Shown piece after piece: positions 38,882-47,516 of a stretch of DNA of 64,000 nt. The notes below the pieces were generated by a model. That model was not told the DNA's origin. It saw nothing but the letters and a program-made list of their open reading frames with translations, and ran no database searches. Within the stretch, counting starts at the first letter, position 1; every line of letters starts with the position of its first letter. The stretch is from Meiothermus cerbereus (GTDB lineage: Bacteria > Deinococcota > Deinococci > Deinococcales > Thermaceae): assembly GCF_051297115.1 (NCBI RefSeq), contig NZ_JBEVAL010000010.1, positions 107-64,106 of the forward strand, written 5' to 3'. The position numbers and the translations under genes were made by a program.

Positions 38882-39329
38882 CCAGATAAGTCTAGCAGGG
38901 CACCCGCCCATAATGTGTTTACCGCTTCCAAAGTGCTTGCGGCGATACTATCGCGGTCTTCGTTTTTTTGCCGCCGTACGAAAACGTGAGTGCGTCGGCT
39001 AGGGGGTGGCGTGAGTCATAGCCACAACGTGGTTATCCTGGCCTAGACGTAGGTTACGTCCTGGGGCGTGGGCCGGGCGCAGCCCGCCGGGGCTTGGGCT
39101 TCGAGTTACGAAAACGAGAAGCGACAAGCAGACGTGCCTCACCGAAGTGATGCGCTTTCTTCGCCGCGAAGCGGGGTCAGGCTGGTCTGCGTTGCTAGGC
39201 CCAGAGGCATGTTTTCGAGCGCCCCAGCAGCAAGAAACAAGCCTGAGGTTGCTCTTTTTTATCAATAACCGGCCTCGAGGGGGTGGGCGGTGAGAAAAGC
39301 CTGCACTGAATCAAGCGTATACTGCCCTT

Positions 39330-40607
39330 GTGTCCGCCTGGCCCCAGGTACCCTCCGATACCAAGCAAGTGGCGATTCCCCCCCTGGTGCGAAAAAACAC
39401 CTGGCTGCTGGCCATCACCCAGGCCGTCAACGGAGCAGGTATGCAGCTCGTACCCACCTTCGGGGCCATCCAGGTGGTGCTGTTGCTGGGCAATGCCACA
39501 TTCGCGGGCCTGGCCACCAGTCTTCTGGCCCTGTCCAGGGTCATGACGGCGTATTTTGTGGGCCGCATGACCGACCGGCGGGGAAGGAAGGCCGGGCTAT
39601 ACCTGGGATTGTGGCTGGCGCTGGTGGGGGCCTTGCTCATCGGCACCGCCACCCTATTGGGATCGTTTGCCCTGTTTTGTGTGGGGGTGCTGGTGTTTGG
39701 CAGTGGGGTGGGGGCCGTACAGCAGATGCGGGTGGCGGCAGCCGATATGTACCCTCCCAGCCGACGGGCCGAGGGGCTGAGCCTGGTGGCAATGGGTTCT
39801 TTGTTGGGGGCGGGCCTCTCGCCGTTGCTGGTTTGGACCGCCGAACGGCTGGGGCTGGCCCTGGGGGTGAGCGAGATTGCCCTGGCCTGGCTGATGGTGC
39901 CGTTGCTCATACTGCCAAGTTTTTTGCTGATTAGGAGTATTCGGCCCGACCCCAAGCAGATGGCCCTCGAGCTCAACCGCTATTACCCGGCCTGGGCCTT
40001 GCAGGGCAACGCCTCAAACACGGACAACCTCGAGCAAAAAGACCTGGCCCGCATCCGGGTTGCCGCCATCCTCACCGCGGTCACGGTGCAGGGGCAGATG
40101 GTCATGATGATGGCCATGACGGCGCTGGCGCTCAAGGCCCTCGATTGCAGCCTTTCGCAAATCTCTTTTTCGGTAGCGCTGCACGTAATGGGCATGTTTG
40201 CTTTTTCCTGGCCCATTGGCCGCCTGGCCGACCGCCTGGGCCGCAAGCCGGTGATTATGGCGGGGCTGGTAGTAGCGGGGCTGGGGGCCTTGCTGGTGGG
40301 GCTGGGCGAGGGTTACTGGGTGATTACCGCCGGCACTTTTTTGGTGGGGCTGGGCTGGTCGGGGGCTTTTTTGAGCGCCAACACCATGCTGACCGATGTG
40401 ACGCCACCCACCCGGCGCGGCCAGGCCATCGGGGTGCTCGACCTGTGGTCCAACGCCGCCGGCATGAGCCTGCCCATCCTGGGGGGGCTGATTGTAGAAG
40501 GGTTCGATTTACAAGCACTGGGCTTTTTTGGTGCACTTTTGGTGCTGGTTCCACTTTACAATTTGTCTCAGGTGCGGGAACAAAAACCCGGAGACTACCG
40601 CCCCTAA
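39330..40607 (+). CDS. MFS transporter
   Basis: 12 predicted hydrophobic segments and a GRMTDRRGRK loop 2-3 motif, repeated as GRLADRLGRK in the second half. Confidence 0.82.
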   Translation: MSAWPQVPSDTKQVAIPPLVRKNTWLLAITQAVNGAGMQLVPTFGAIQVVLLLGNATFAGLATSLLALSRVMTAYFVGRMTDRRGRKAGLYLGLWLALVGALLIGTATLLGSFALFCVGVLVFGSGVGAVQQMRVAAADMYPPSRRAEGLSLVAMGSLLGAGLSPLLVWTAERLGLALGVSEIALAWLMVPLLILPSFLLIRSIRPDPKQMALELNRYYPAWALQGNASNTDNLEQKDLARIRVAAILTAVTVQGQMVMMMAMTALALKALDCSLSQISFSVALHVMGMFAFSWPIGRLADRLGRKPVIMAGLVVAGLGALLVGLGEGYWVITAGTFLVGLGWSGAFLSANTMLTDVTPPTRRGQAIGVLDLWSNAAGMSLPILGGLIVEGFDLQALGFFGALLVLVPLYNLSQVREQKPGDYRP

Positions 40608-40616
40608 CCCTAAAGC

Positions 40617-42902
40617 ATGTCGTTGCCCAAAGAACTCCTCCCCTACCCTAGCTACGCCGAATGGCTGCGCGACCTTGAAGGCTATGCCGGGCAGCTCACC
40701 TTTGTGCGGGTACTGCCCCCAAAACCTCCGGAAAAGGTGCCCTATGACGGTATTTTCTCGGGCGTGCTGATGGCCTTAAGGCTGCACCCCTATCGCTTTC
40801 AGGCCGAGGCCTTTGCCCAGCTCGAGCAGGGCCAGCACCTGGTGATGAGCACCTCTACGGCCTCGGGCAAGAGCCTGGTCTTCCAGGTTCCGGTGCTAAA
40901 GGCTTTGCTCGAGGGCCAGACTTCGCTGTTGCTCTACCCCACCAAGGCCCTGGCCCACGACCAGCTTTTGCGCTTGAGGCAGATGGGCAGGGCGCTCGAG
41001 GTCGCCGACAAAATCTACGCCTACGACGGTGATACACGCGATTCGGAGCGCAAAAAGGCCAGGGAACTTGGGCAGGCCCTCCTCACCAACCCCGACATGC
41101 TGCACTTTGGCCTGCTGCCCCGCCACGGCGAGTGGGCCGGGTTTTTGTCCAAACTGCGGTACATCGTGCTGGACGAACTGCACGCCTACCGGGGGGTATT
41201 TGGCACACATACCGCGCTGATTCTGCAAAGGCTGTTGCGGCTGGCCTGGCACTACGGGGCCAGCCCCCAGGTGATTGCAGCCAGCGCCACCATCGCCAAC
41301 CCTGCCGAACACGCCCAGAGCCTGACCGGCCTGGAGTTTGTGCAGATCACCGCCAGCCCCCGGGGGGCCGAGCGCGAGTTTGCGGTCTGGGTACCTAAAG
41401 CCCTGGATAAGGAAGGCAAGAACCGCCGCAGCCCCAACCTCGAGGCGGCCTTGCTGGCCCGCCATGCCGCAGAACAGGGGCTGCGCACCCTGATTTTTAC
41501 CAACGCCCGGCGCACCGCCGAGCTGGTCGCCCGCTATGCCGCCGACGAGCGGGTACGGCCCTACCGGGCGGGTTATACCGCCGCCGAGCGGCGCAAGCTG
41601 GAGCAAGCCCTGCAAGAGGGCACGGTGCGGGTGCTGGTGAGCACCAGCGCGCTCGAGCTGGGGGTGGACATTGGGGGGCTGGACGCGGTCATTCTGTTGG
41701 GTTATCCGGGCTCGGTGAGCTCCTTCTGGCAGCGGGCCGGGCGGGCCGGGCGGGGAAGCAGGCGCGCACTGGTGCTCTGGATTCCCCGCGAAGACCCCAT
41801 GGATGCCTATTTTGAACAACACCCCGAACTGCTCCTGGCAGGCGCTCCCGAGGCGGCCATTGCCGACCCCGATAACCCCACGCTCTACCCCCTACACGCC
41901 CACTGCGCCGCACGGGAGCTGCCCATTGCGCTGCCCGGCACTCTGCAGGCCTCCGACCCTTTTTACAAACCCTGGCACAACATCCAGCCCCCCCTCATCG
42001 AAAAATACGGGCGGCTTTACTCCCCGGTGCGAAACCCGCACCAGGCCCTGGTTTTGCGGGGGTTTGGCAAGAGCTTTAGCCTGCGCGACAACAGCGGGAA
42101 GCTCCTGGGCACCCTGGACGAGCGCCAGGCCTACTGGGAGGCCCATCCCGGCGCAGTTTATCTGCACCAGGGCGAAACTTACCTGGTTCGCAACCTCGAC
42201 CCCGAGCGGCGGGAGATTGTGCTCTTGCCGGGCCTCGAGGACTACTACACCCAGCCCCGGGCCGAGACCGAGATCGAGGTGCTGGAGGGCGAGGAGGTTC
42301 TAGACGGGGTCTGGGTGGGAACGGTGATGCTGCGGGAGCGGGTTAGCGGGTACGTGAAAAAGCGCTTCCTAACCGAGACGGTGCTGGAAGAGGTGGCCCT
42401 CCTGATGCCCGAGCTGACCTTCCAGACCGAGGCCGTCTGGTTTCATCCCTGCGAAGGCCTGGAGGTACTACCCACCCTGGAAGAAGCCCGCCAGCCCGAC
42501 GAGATTTTTCTGACCCAGGCCCTGGTGCCCGCGGCCATTCACGCCCTCGAGCACACCCTGATTGGTTTGCTGCCGCTTTTTGTGCTGGCCGAGCGGCAGG
42601 ACATCGGCGGGGTTTCCTACCCCTTCTATCCCCGGCCCCTGCCCTCAGGTAGCGGCCCGACCATCTTCATCTACGATGGTTATCCGGGTGGGGTGGGGTA
42701 TGCTCGTGCGGCGGCACGGCAATTCCCCCGCTGGATAGCCGCCGCCCGCGAGCTGCTAAAGCGCTGCCCTTGCCAGGAAGGCTGCCCGCGTTGCATCCTG
42801 TCTCCCAAGTGCGGCAATGGCAACCAGTATCTGGACAAACAAGCCGCCTTACTGCTGGCTGAGTCACTTAGTACCCGTTACCACACCCGAAAGCCCAACT
42901 GA
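40617..42902 (+). CDS. DEAD/DEAH-box helicase with C-terminal DUF1998 zinc domain (MrfA/YprA-like)
   Basis: Walker A TASGKS, DELH box and SALELGVD, with a C-terminal Cys cluster CPCQEGCPRCILSPKCGNGN. Confidence 0.85.
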   Translation: MSLPKELLPYPSYAEWLRDLEGYAGQLTFVRVLPPKPPEKVPYDGIFSGVLMALRLHPYRFQAEAFAQLEQGQHLVMSTSTASGKSLVFQVPVLKALLEGQTSLLLYPTKALAHDQLLRLRQMGRALEVADKIYAYDGDTRDSERKKARELGQALLTNPDMLHFGLLPRHGEWAGFLSKLRYIVLDELHAYRGVFGTHTALILQRLLRLAWHYGASPQVIAASATIANPAEHAQSLTGLEFVQITASPRGAEREFAVWVPKALDKEGKNRRSPNLEAALLARHAAEQGLRTLIFTNARRTAELVARYAADERVRPYRAGYTAAERRKLEQALQEGTVRVLVSTSALELGVDIGGLDAVILLGYPGSVSSFWQRAGRAGRGSRRALVLWIPREDPMDAYFEQHPELLLAGAPEAAIADPDNPTLYPLHAHCAARELPIALPGTLQASDPFYKPWHNIQPPLIEKYGRLYSPVRNPHQALVLRGFGKSFSLRDNSGKLLGTLDERQAYWEAHPGAVYLHQGETYLVRNLDPERREIVLLPGLEDYYTQPRAETEIEVLEGEEVLDGVWVGTVMLRERVSGYVKKRFLTETVLEEVALLMPELTFQTEAVWFHPCEGLEVLPTLEEARQPDEIFLTQALVPAAIHALEHTLIGLLPLFVLAERQDIGGVSYPFYPRPLPSGSGPTIFIYDGYPGGVGYARAAARQFPRWIAAARELLKRCPCQEGCPRCILSPKCGNGNQYLDKQAALLLAESLSTRYHTRKPN

Positions 42903-43027
42903 TGGATGAACTGTTTGCCCAGATGGTAGGTTCGCTCGAGTCCGACCTCAAGGTGATGGGGGTGCTGCTAACCGGCTCCCGCGCACAGGGCAATGCCACC
43001 CCCTCAGCCGCAGCAAAACTGCCTTAA
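42902..43027 (+). pseudogene. Truncated nucleotidyltransferase-like remnant (41 codons)
   Basis: The ATG overlaps the helicase TGA. The peptide ...VMGVLLTGSRAQGNATP resembles the GSxAxG start of MNT/pol-beta nucleotidyltransferases but stops before the catalytic Asp pair. Confidence 0.3.
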
Positions 43028-43068
43028 CCCTCATTGACTGGATTCTGCCGAGAATAGACTAAACCCCT

Positions 43069-44382
43069 GTGGGCCTGCCTTCGCTAAACGATGTGATTGC
43101 CGCCATCGCCACCCCGCCCGGCAAGGGCGCGGTGGGGATTGTGCGGGTCTCGGGCAACGGCGCTCTAGAACTGGTCTCTAGGCTCTGGCAGGGCAAAAAT
43201 CCCTACAGACTGGCCGGCGGGCGCTTCACCTACGGTAAAATCTGCGACCCGAACACCCAGGAAGTGCTGGACGAGGCGCTGTTGCTGGTTTTCCGCAGGC
43301 CCCATTCCTACACCGGCCAGGACAGCGCCGAGCTGCACACCCACGGCTCGCCTGCGGTGTTGCGCCGGGTTTTGCAGGCGCTGTTTGAGCTAGGGGCCCG
43401 CCCGGCCCAGCCCGGTGAGTTCACGCTGCGGGCCTACCTGAACGGAAAAATGGACCTGGCCCAGGCCGAGGCGGTGCTGAGCTTGGTAGAGGCCGAGTCG
43501 GACGCCGCCCGGCGTCAGGCCTTGCGGGGCCTGAGCGCGGGGTTGTCGCAGAAGATCGCGCACCTCTCCGAGCAATTGTTCGACCTGCTGGCGCACATCC
43601 AGGCCTGGCTGGACTACCCCGAAGAAGGGGTCGAACCCGCCCAGATTCAGGAAACCCTCGAGCCCGTTTTGCAGGAAATCGGCCACCTGCTGGCCACCGC
43701 CCCCGCCGGGCGCATCGCCCAGAAAGGGGCCCGGATTGCCCTGGTGGGGGCCCCCAATGCCGGCAAGTCCAGCCTGCTCAATGCGCTCTTGGGCTACGAG
43801 CGGGCCATCGTTACCCCCATCCCGGGCACCACCCGCGACTACCTGGAAGCCCCTATGGAGATTGCCGGGGTGCCCATTGTGGCCGTGGACACCGCCGGAG
43901 TCCGGGAAACCCACGACCCAATCGAGAAAAGCGGGGTGGAACGGGCCTTACAGATCGCACAGGAAGCCGACCTGGTGCTCTACCTGGCCGACCAGAGCCA
44001 GCCCCACCCCACCCCGCCACCGCTGCCCTGGGAGCGCACCCTGAAGGTAGCCACCAAGGCCGACCTGGCCCCCGCCTGGACAGCGGATTCGTACCTGCGG
44101 GTCTCGAGCCAGACCGGCCTGGGCCTGCACGAGCTACGCCAGCAAATCCACCAGCGGCTTCTGGGCCAGGCCCCCGAGGGGGAGCTTTGGGTCAGCAACG
44201 AGCGGCATGTGGAGGCCCTGCGCCGGGCCCAAACCCACCTGCACGAAGCCCTGCAAGCCCCCCAGGACCTGGCCGCCCTCTCGATCGAGATGGCCCTGGA
44301 CGCGCTGGCCGAAATCCTGGGCAAAGACGTTTCGGAAGAGGTGATTGACCGAGTATTCCGTAACTTTTGCGTGGGCAAGTGA
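43069..44382 (+). CDS. mnmE: tRNA modification GTPase MnmE
   Basis: IAAIATPPGKGAVGIVRVSG, G-domain GAPNAGKSS and the C-terminal FCVGK motif. Confidence 0.93.
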   Translation: MGLPSLNDVIAAIATPPGKGAVGIVRVSGNGALELVSRLWQGKNPYRLAGGRFTYGKICDPNTQEVLDEALLLVFRRPHSYTGQDSAELHTHGSPAVLRRVLQALFELGARPAQPGEFTLRAYLNGKMDLAQAEAVLSLVEAESDAARRQALRGLSAGLSQKIAHLSEQLFDLLAHIQAWLDYPEEGVEPAQIQETLEPVLQEIGHLLATAPAGRIAQKGARIALVGAPNAGKSSLLNALLGYERAIVTPIPGTTRDYLEAPMEIAGVPIVAVDTAGVRETHDPIEKSGVERALQIAQEADLVLYLADQSQPHPTPPPLPWERTLKVATKADLAPAWTADSYLRVSSQTGLGLHELRQQIHQRLLGQAPEGELWVSNERHVEALRRAQTHLHEALQAPQDLAALSIEMALDALAEILGKDVSEEVIDRVFRNFCVGK

Positions 44383-44454
44383 AAAGTCGAAGGCAAAAAG
44401 CCAAGCACCCCTCGAGCTTTGTCCTTGAACTTCCCACCCTGATGGCGCGCATTC

Positions 44455-44685
44455 GTTGAAAAGCGGCTTCTGTCGTCTGTCCCGAGGGTAATCGTCCCCT
44501 GGGTGAACAGCGGCGCCAGCCGTCTGTCCCGAAGGGGATCGTCCCTGGGTGAACAGCGGCGCCAGCCGTCTGTCCCGAAGGGGATCGTCCGCTTGGTGAA
44601 CAGCCGCTTTAGCGGTCTGTCCCGAAGGGGATCGTCCCTAGGTGAACAGGCTGGTCGGGGCTATGTCCCAAAAGACCGTCCCCTG
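44455..44685. repeat. Tandem 46-47 bp double-hairpin repeats, cluster C (5 units)
   Basis: Unit starts are 44455, 44502, 44548, 44595 and 44641; the outer units are degenerate. Same orientation as clusters A and B. Confidence 0.88.
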
Positions 44686-44724
44686 CACTTGTACGGTGCT
44701 GGCAGCCCACGTAAACTTGCCGCC

Positions 44725-45243
44725 ATGGAGGAGCCCAAAGCGGTAGTCTCAAAACGCAGCCTGCAGACCTATGTGGTTGCGGTAGGGCTGATGGTCATGG
44801 GCCTGGCCCTGGTAGCTTTATGCAGCGCCGCCTGGCTACAGGGCGTCGAGCCGCGCTGGTCGGTGATTCTGTTTGGGCTGCTGGGGGTTTACATGGTGCT
44901 ACTCGGGGTGGATGAAGGCTGGCTGAGCGGGCTCGAGGTCACCCCCACCCACCTGCGCATCCAGAGCTTTGGCCGCTGGACGGAACACCCGCTGCCCCGC
45001 GTTGAGGCCGTGGATGGCCTGCGGGACATCCTGGGCGGTGGAATCCAGCTGGTTCTGATAGCCAGCGAAGGCGAGGCCATCCGGGTTCCGCTGCGCCGCT
45101 ACGCCAACGCTGGCCCCCTGGCCCAGGGCTTGCTGGATGCGCTGTGGTTGAAAAACCCCCAGCTTATCCTGATGCCCCGTTTGGCCAGGCGGCTGGGCCA
45201 GCCCCCCTTCGGGGTTTTGGCCGCTAAGAAATCCAGGCGTTAG
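44725..45243 (+). CDS. Hypothetical membrane protein (two TM segments plus soluble C-terminal domain)
   Basis: MEEPKAVV..., then two hydrophobic helices. The ORF-track N-terminus (44503-44724) is translation of the repeats. Confidence 0.55.
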   Translation: MEEPKAVVSKRSLQTYVVAVGLMVMGLALVALCSAAWLQGVEPRWSVILFGLLGVYMVLLGVDEGWLSGLEVTPTHLRIQSFGRWTEHPLPRVEAVDGLRDILGGGIQLVLIASEGEAIRVPLRRYANAGPLAQGLLDALWLKNPQLILMPRLARRLGQPPFGVLAAKKSRR

Positions 45244-45259
45244 CCTCTATGATTGAGGT

Positions 45260-46837
45260 ATGGAGCTGGCGTGGGTAGGGGCCGCCTATGGGCTGGGGTT
45301 GCTGGCGAGCCGCTTTGGCCTGCCACCCCTGGTGGGCTATCTGGGGGCGGGTTTTGCGCTCTGGGGGTTTGGCTACCAGGACAGCCGCTTGCTGGGAGAA
45401 ATCGCCGATGTGGGCGTGCTGCTGCTTTTGTTTACGGTGGGCCTGAAGCTCCGCTTTGCCAGCTTAGTGCGCCGGGAAGTGCTGGGCGTGGGGGGGATCC
45501 ATCTGGTGCTTTTCGCCCTGCTGCTGGGCCTGATCACCCTTTTGCTGGGCATGAGCACCGATGCGGCGCTTTTTGTAGGGGTGGGGCTGGCCTTCTCGAG
45601 CACCGTACTGGCCGTCAAGCTGCTGGATGACCGGCGGGAGCTCTCCACCTTCCACGGGCGGGTGGCGGTAGGCATCCTGGTTTTGCAGGACTTGGTCGCG
45701 GTTGGGCTACTGGCCTATGCCGGCGTCAAAAATCCAACGCCCTGGGCCTTGCTCCTTCTGGCCCTGCCTCTGCTGCGCCCTGTTGTGGGCTGGATTCTGG
45801 AAAAAAGCGGCCACGACGAGCTTTTGTTGCTGTACGGCCTGGGCTTGTCCCTAGGGGGTGCTAGCCTGGCCCAAAGCCTGGGGGTATCGCCGGAGCTGGG
45901 GGCTTTGCTGATGGGCGCGGTTCTGGCAGGACACCCGCAAACCTCCGAGCTTTCGCGTACCCTGTGGGGCCTGAAAGAGGCTTTCCTGGTGGCCTTTTTC
46001 CTGGATATTGGGCTGATGGGCCTACCCTCGGCCTCGGCGCTGCCGCTGGCGCTGGGTTTTATCCTGCTCATACCGCTTAAGGCCGTCTTGTTCTTCGCTC
46101 TCTTCATCGCCTTTGGCTTGCGGGCTCGCACTGCCTTTGTAACCAGCGTTTCGCTCGCCAGCTACAGTGAATTCGCCCTGATTACCAGTGTGGCCGCCGT
46201 AGAGGGGGGTCTGTTACCGGAGTCCTGGGGCCAGCTGGTGGGGCTGGTGGTGGCGGTCTCGCTGGCCCTGGCCGCCCCCCTCAACCGCTCGGTGCATAGC
46301 CTGTTTCAGCGCTACGAGCATTTCTTGTTGCGCTTCGAGCGTAAGGTACAGCACGCCGACGACGAGCCTACCAGCCTGGGCGGGGCCGAGTGGCTGGTGG
46401 TGGGCATGGGCCGCACGGGTGGGGCCGCCTACAAGATGCTGGCCAGCCACGGCTACCGGGTGTTGGGCCTGGATGCGGACGAAGGCAAGCTGGACTTCCA
46501 CCGGGCTAAAATGCGTCAGGTGCGCTACGGCGACGCCGAAGACCCCGAGCTATGGGAGCGCTTGGACTTGACGGGACTCAGGGGCGTATTGCTGACCCTG
46601 CCCGACCTCGAGGCCAAGCTTCGGGCCGCCCGTGGCCTTAAGCAGCGGGGCTTTAGTGGAATCATTGCCGCTACCGGCTACCACCGCGAAGAAGACCCGA
46701 TCCTGCTCGAGGCCGGCGTAACCCTCATCTCGCACCCCTTCGCCGAGGCCGGAGAACGGCTGGCCGAACGGGCTATGGGCCTGAACATTATCCCTGAGTC
46801 GGATGACCCCAAGCTGGCCGATACGCGAACAGCTTGA
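45260..46837 (+). CDS. CPA2 family cation:proton antiporter with C-terminal TrkA-N/RCK domain (Kef/YbaL-like)
   Basis: Na+/H+ exchanger membrane domain followed by the VVGMGRTGG Rossmann motif. Confidence 0.85.
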   Translation: MELAWVGAAYGLGLLASRFGLPPLVGYLGAGFALWGFGYQDSRLLGEIADVGVLLLLFTVGLKLRFASLVRREVLGVGGIHLVLFALLLGLITLLLGMSTDAALFVGVGLAFSSTVLAVKLLDDRRELSTFHGRVAVGILVLQDLVAVGLLAYAGVKNPTPWALLLLALPLLRPVVGWILEKSGHDELLLLYGLGLSLGGASLAQSLGVSPELGALLMGAVLAGHPQTSELSRTLWGLKEAFLVAFFLDIGLMGLPSASALPLALGFILLIPLKAVLFFALFIAFGLRARTAFVTSVSLASYSEFALITSVAAVEGGLLPESWGQLVGLVVAVSLALAAPLNRSVHSLFQRYEHFLLRFERKVQHADDEPTSLGGAEWLVVGMGRTGGAAYKMLASHGYRVLGLDADEGKLDFHRAKMRQVRYGDAEDPELWERLDLTGLRGVLLTLPDLEAKLRAARGLKQRGFSGIIAATGYHREEDPILLEAGVTLISHPFAEAGERLAERAMGLNIIPESDDPKLADTRTA

Positions 46838-46838
46838 T

Positions 46839-47516
46839 TTAGGGGTGTTCTGCCAGCGTCCAGGCTTTCTTGCCTACACCCGGAACCTTACTTACCACAA
46901 AACCGGCCGCTGCCAGGTCGCGCCGAAAACGTCCAGAAACCGAGTAGGTTGCCAGCCGTGCGCCACTACTGGCGGCCAAAAATAGCTTTTCCAGCACGCG
47001 GGGCTGCCAGGGCTCGGGGTTAACCCGGGGGCTAAAGGGGTCGAAATAGATAGCGCTGGCCCACCCCGCCGGAAAAAGCGCAGCCGTTACGTCCTCGAAA
47101 CGAACCTCGAGGCGGCCCCAGGGGCCCTTTAGGCAGAGTGAACCCTGCGGATGGGCCGGCCAGCGCTTTAGCAGGCTGGCCCATATCCGCTGGGATGGCG
47201 CCGAAAGGGGAAGCTCCACCGAGGCCAGAACCCCGCGGGATACCGGAAAGCCCTCATAGCTTATGTACTCCAGAAAAACCCCGCGCTTCAGGCAGTCTTC
47301 CAGCGTGGCCCGGAAATTGACCCCCAGTCCAAAGCCCACCTCCAGCACCCTGGGGGCCGGGTGCTGATGGGTCTGGGTCAGCTTCAGGTAAAGCTCGTTG
47401 GCCTGCATCCAGGCCCCATGCCGCGAGCTGTAGGCCTCGCCGAATACCGGGTGCACCAGGGTGAGCGAGCCATCCTGGGTTTGCAGGGGCTGGTAGGGTT
47501 TCAGCTCAGGTCTCAA
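46839..47516 (-). CDS. MnmC-type SAM-dependent methyltransferase domain protein (MnmD/DUF752-like)
   Basis: DGSLTLVHPVFGEAYSSRHGA..., VLEVGFGLGVNF and IYFDPFSPRVNPEPW motifs. Confidence 0.72.
   Translation of the reverse strand: MRPELKPYQPLQTQDGSLTLVHPVFGEAYSSRHGAWMQANELYLKLTQTHQHPAPRVLEVGFGLGVNFRATLEDCLKRGVFLEYISYEGFPVSRGVLASVELPLSAPSQRIWASLLKRWPAHPQGSLCLKGPWGRLEVRFEDVTAALFPAGWASAIYFDPFSPRVNPEPWQPRVLEKLFLAASSGARLATYSVSGRFRRDLAAAGFVVSKVPGVGKKAWTLAEHP

Noticed and set aside
38999-39290. Possible tmRNA / RNase P / SRP RNA because the segment starts GGGGGTGGCG and is highly structured
   Set aside because: It lacks the tRNA-like 3' end (…TCCACCA), any tag-peptide ORF with an ANDENYALAA-type ending, the RNase P GAGGAAAGTCC/ACAGAACCCGGCTTA boxes, and the SRP domain IV motif. 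It is kept only as an unexplained spacer.
39290-39976. ORFs 39290-39934 (+, 214 aa) and 39311-39976 (-, 221 aa)
   Set aside because: They are an alternative-frame ORF and an antisense ORF over the MFS transporter gene. They are Arg/Pro/Gly-rich and, unlike the MFS frame, have no membrane-protein periodicity.
40896-41822. 308-aa minus-strand ORF, and similar ORFs at 60203-61096, 56505-57440, 57949-58545, 47548-48282, 15519-16295 and 8649-9542
   Set aside because: All lie antisense to genes with strong family signatures (helicase, GlnRS, aminotransferase, oxidoreductase, decarboxylase, MetX, RpoC). None shows recognisable motifs.
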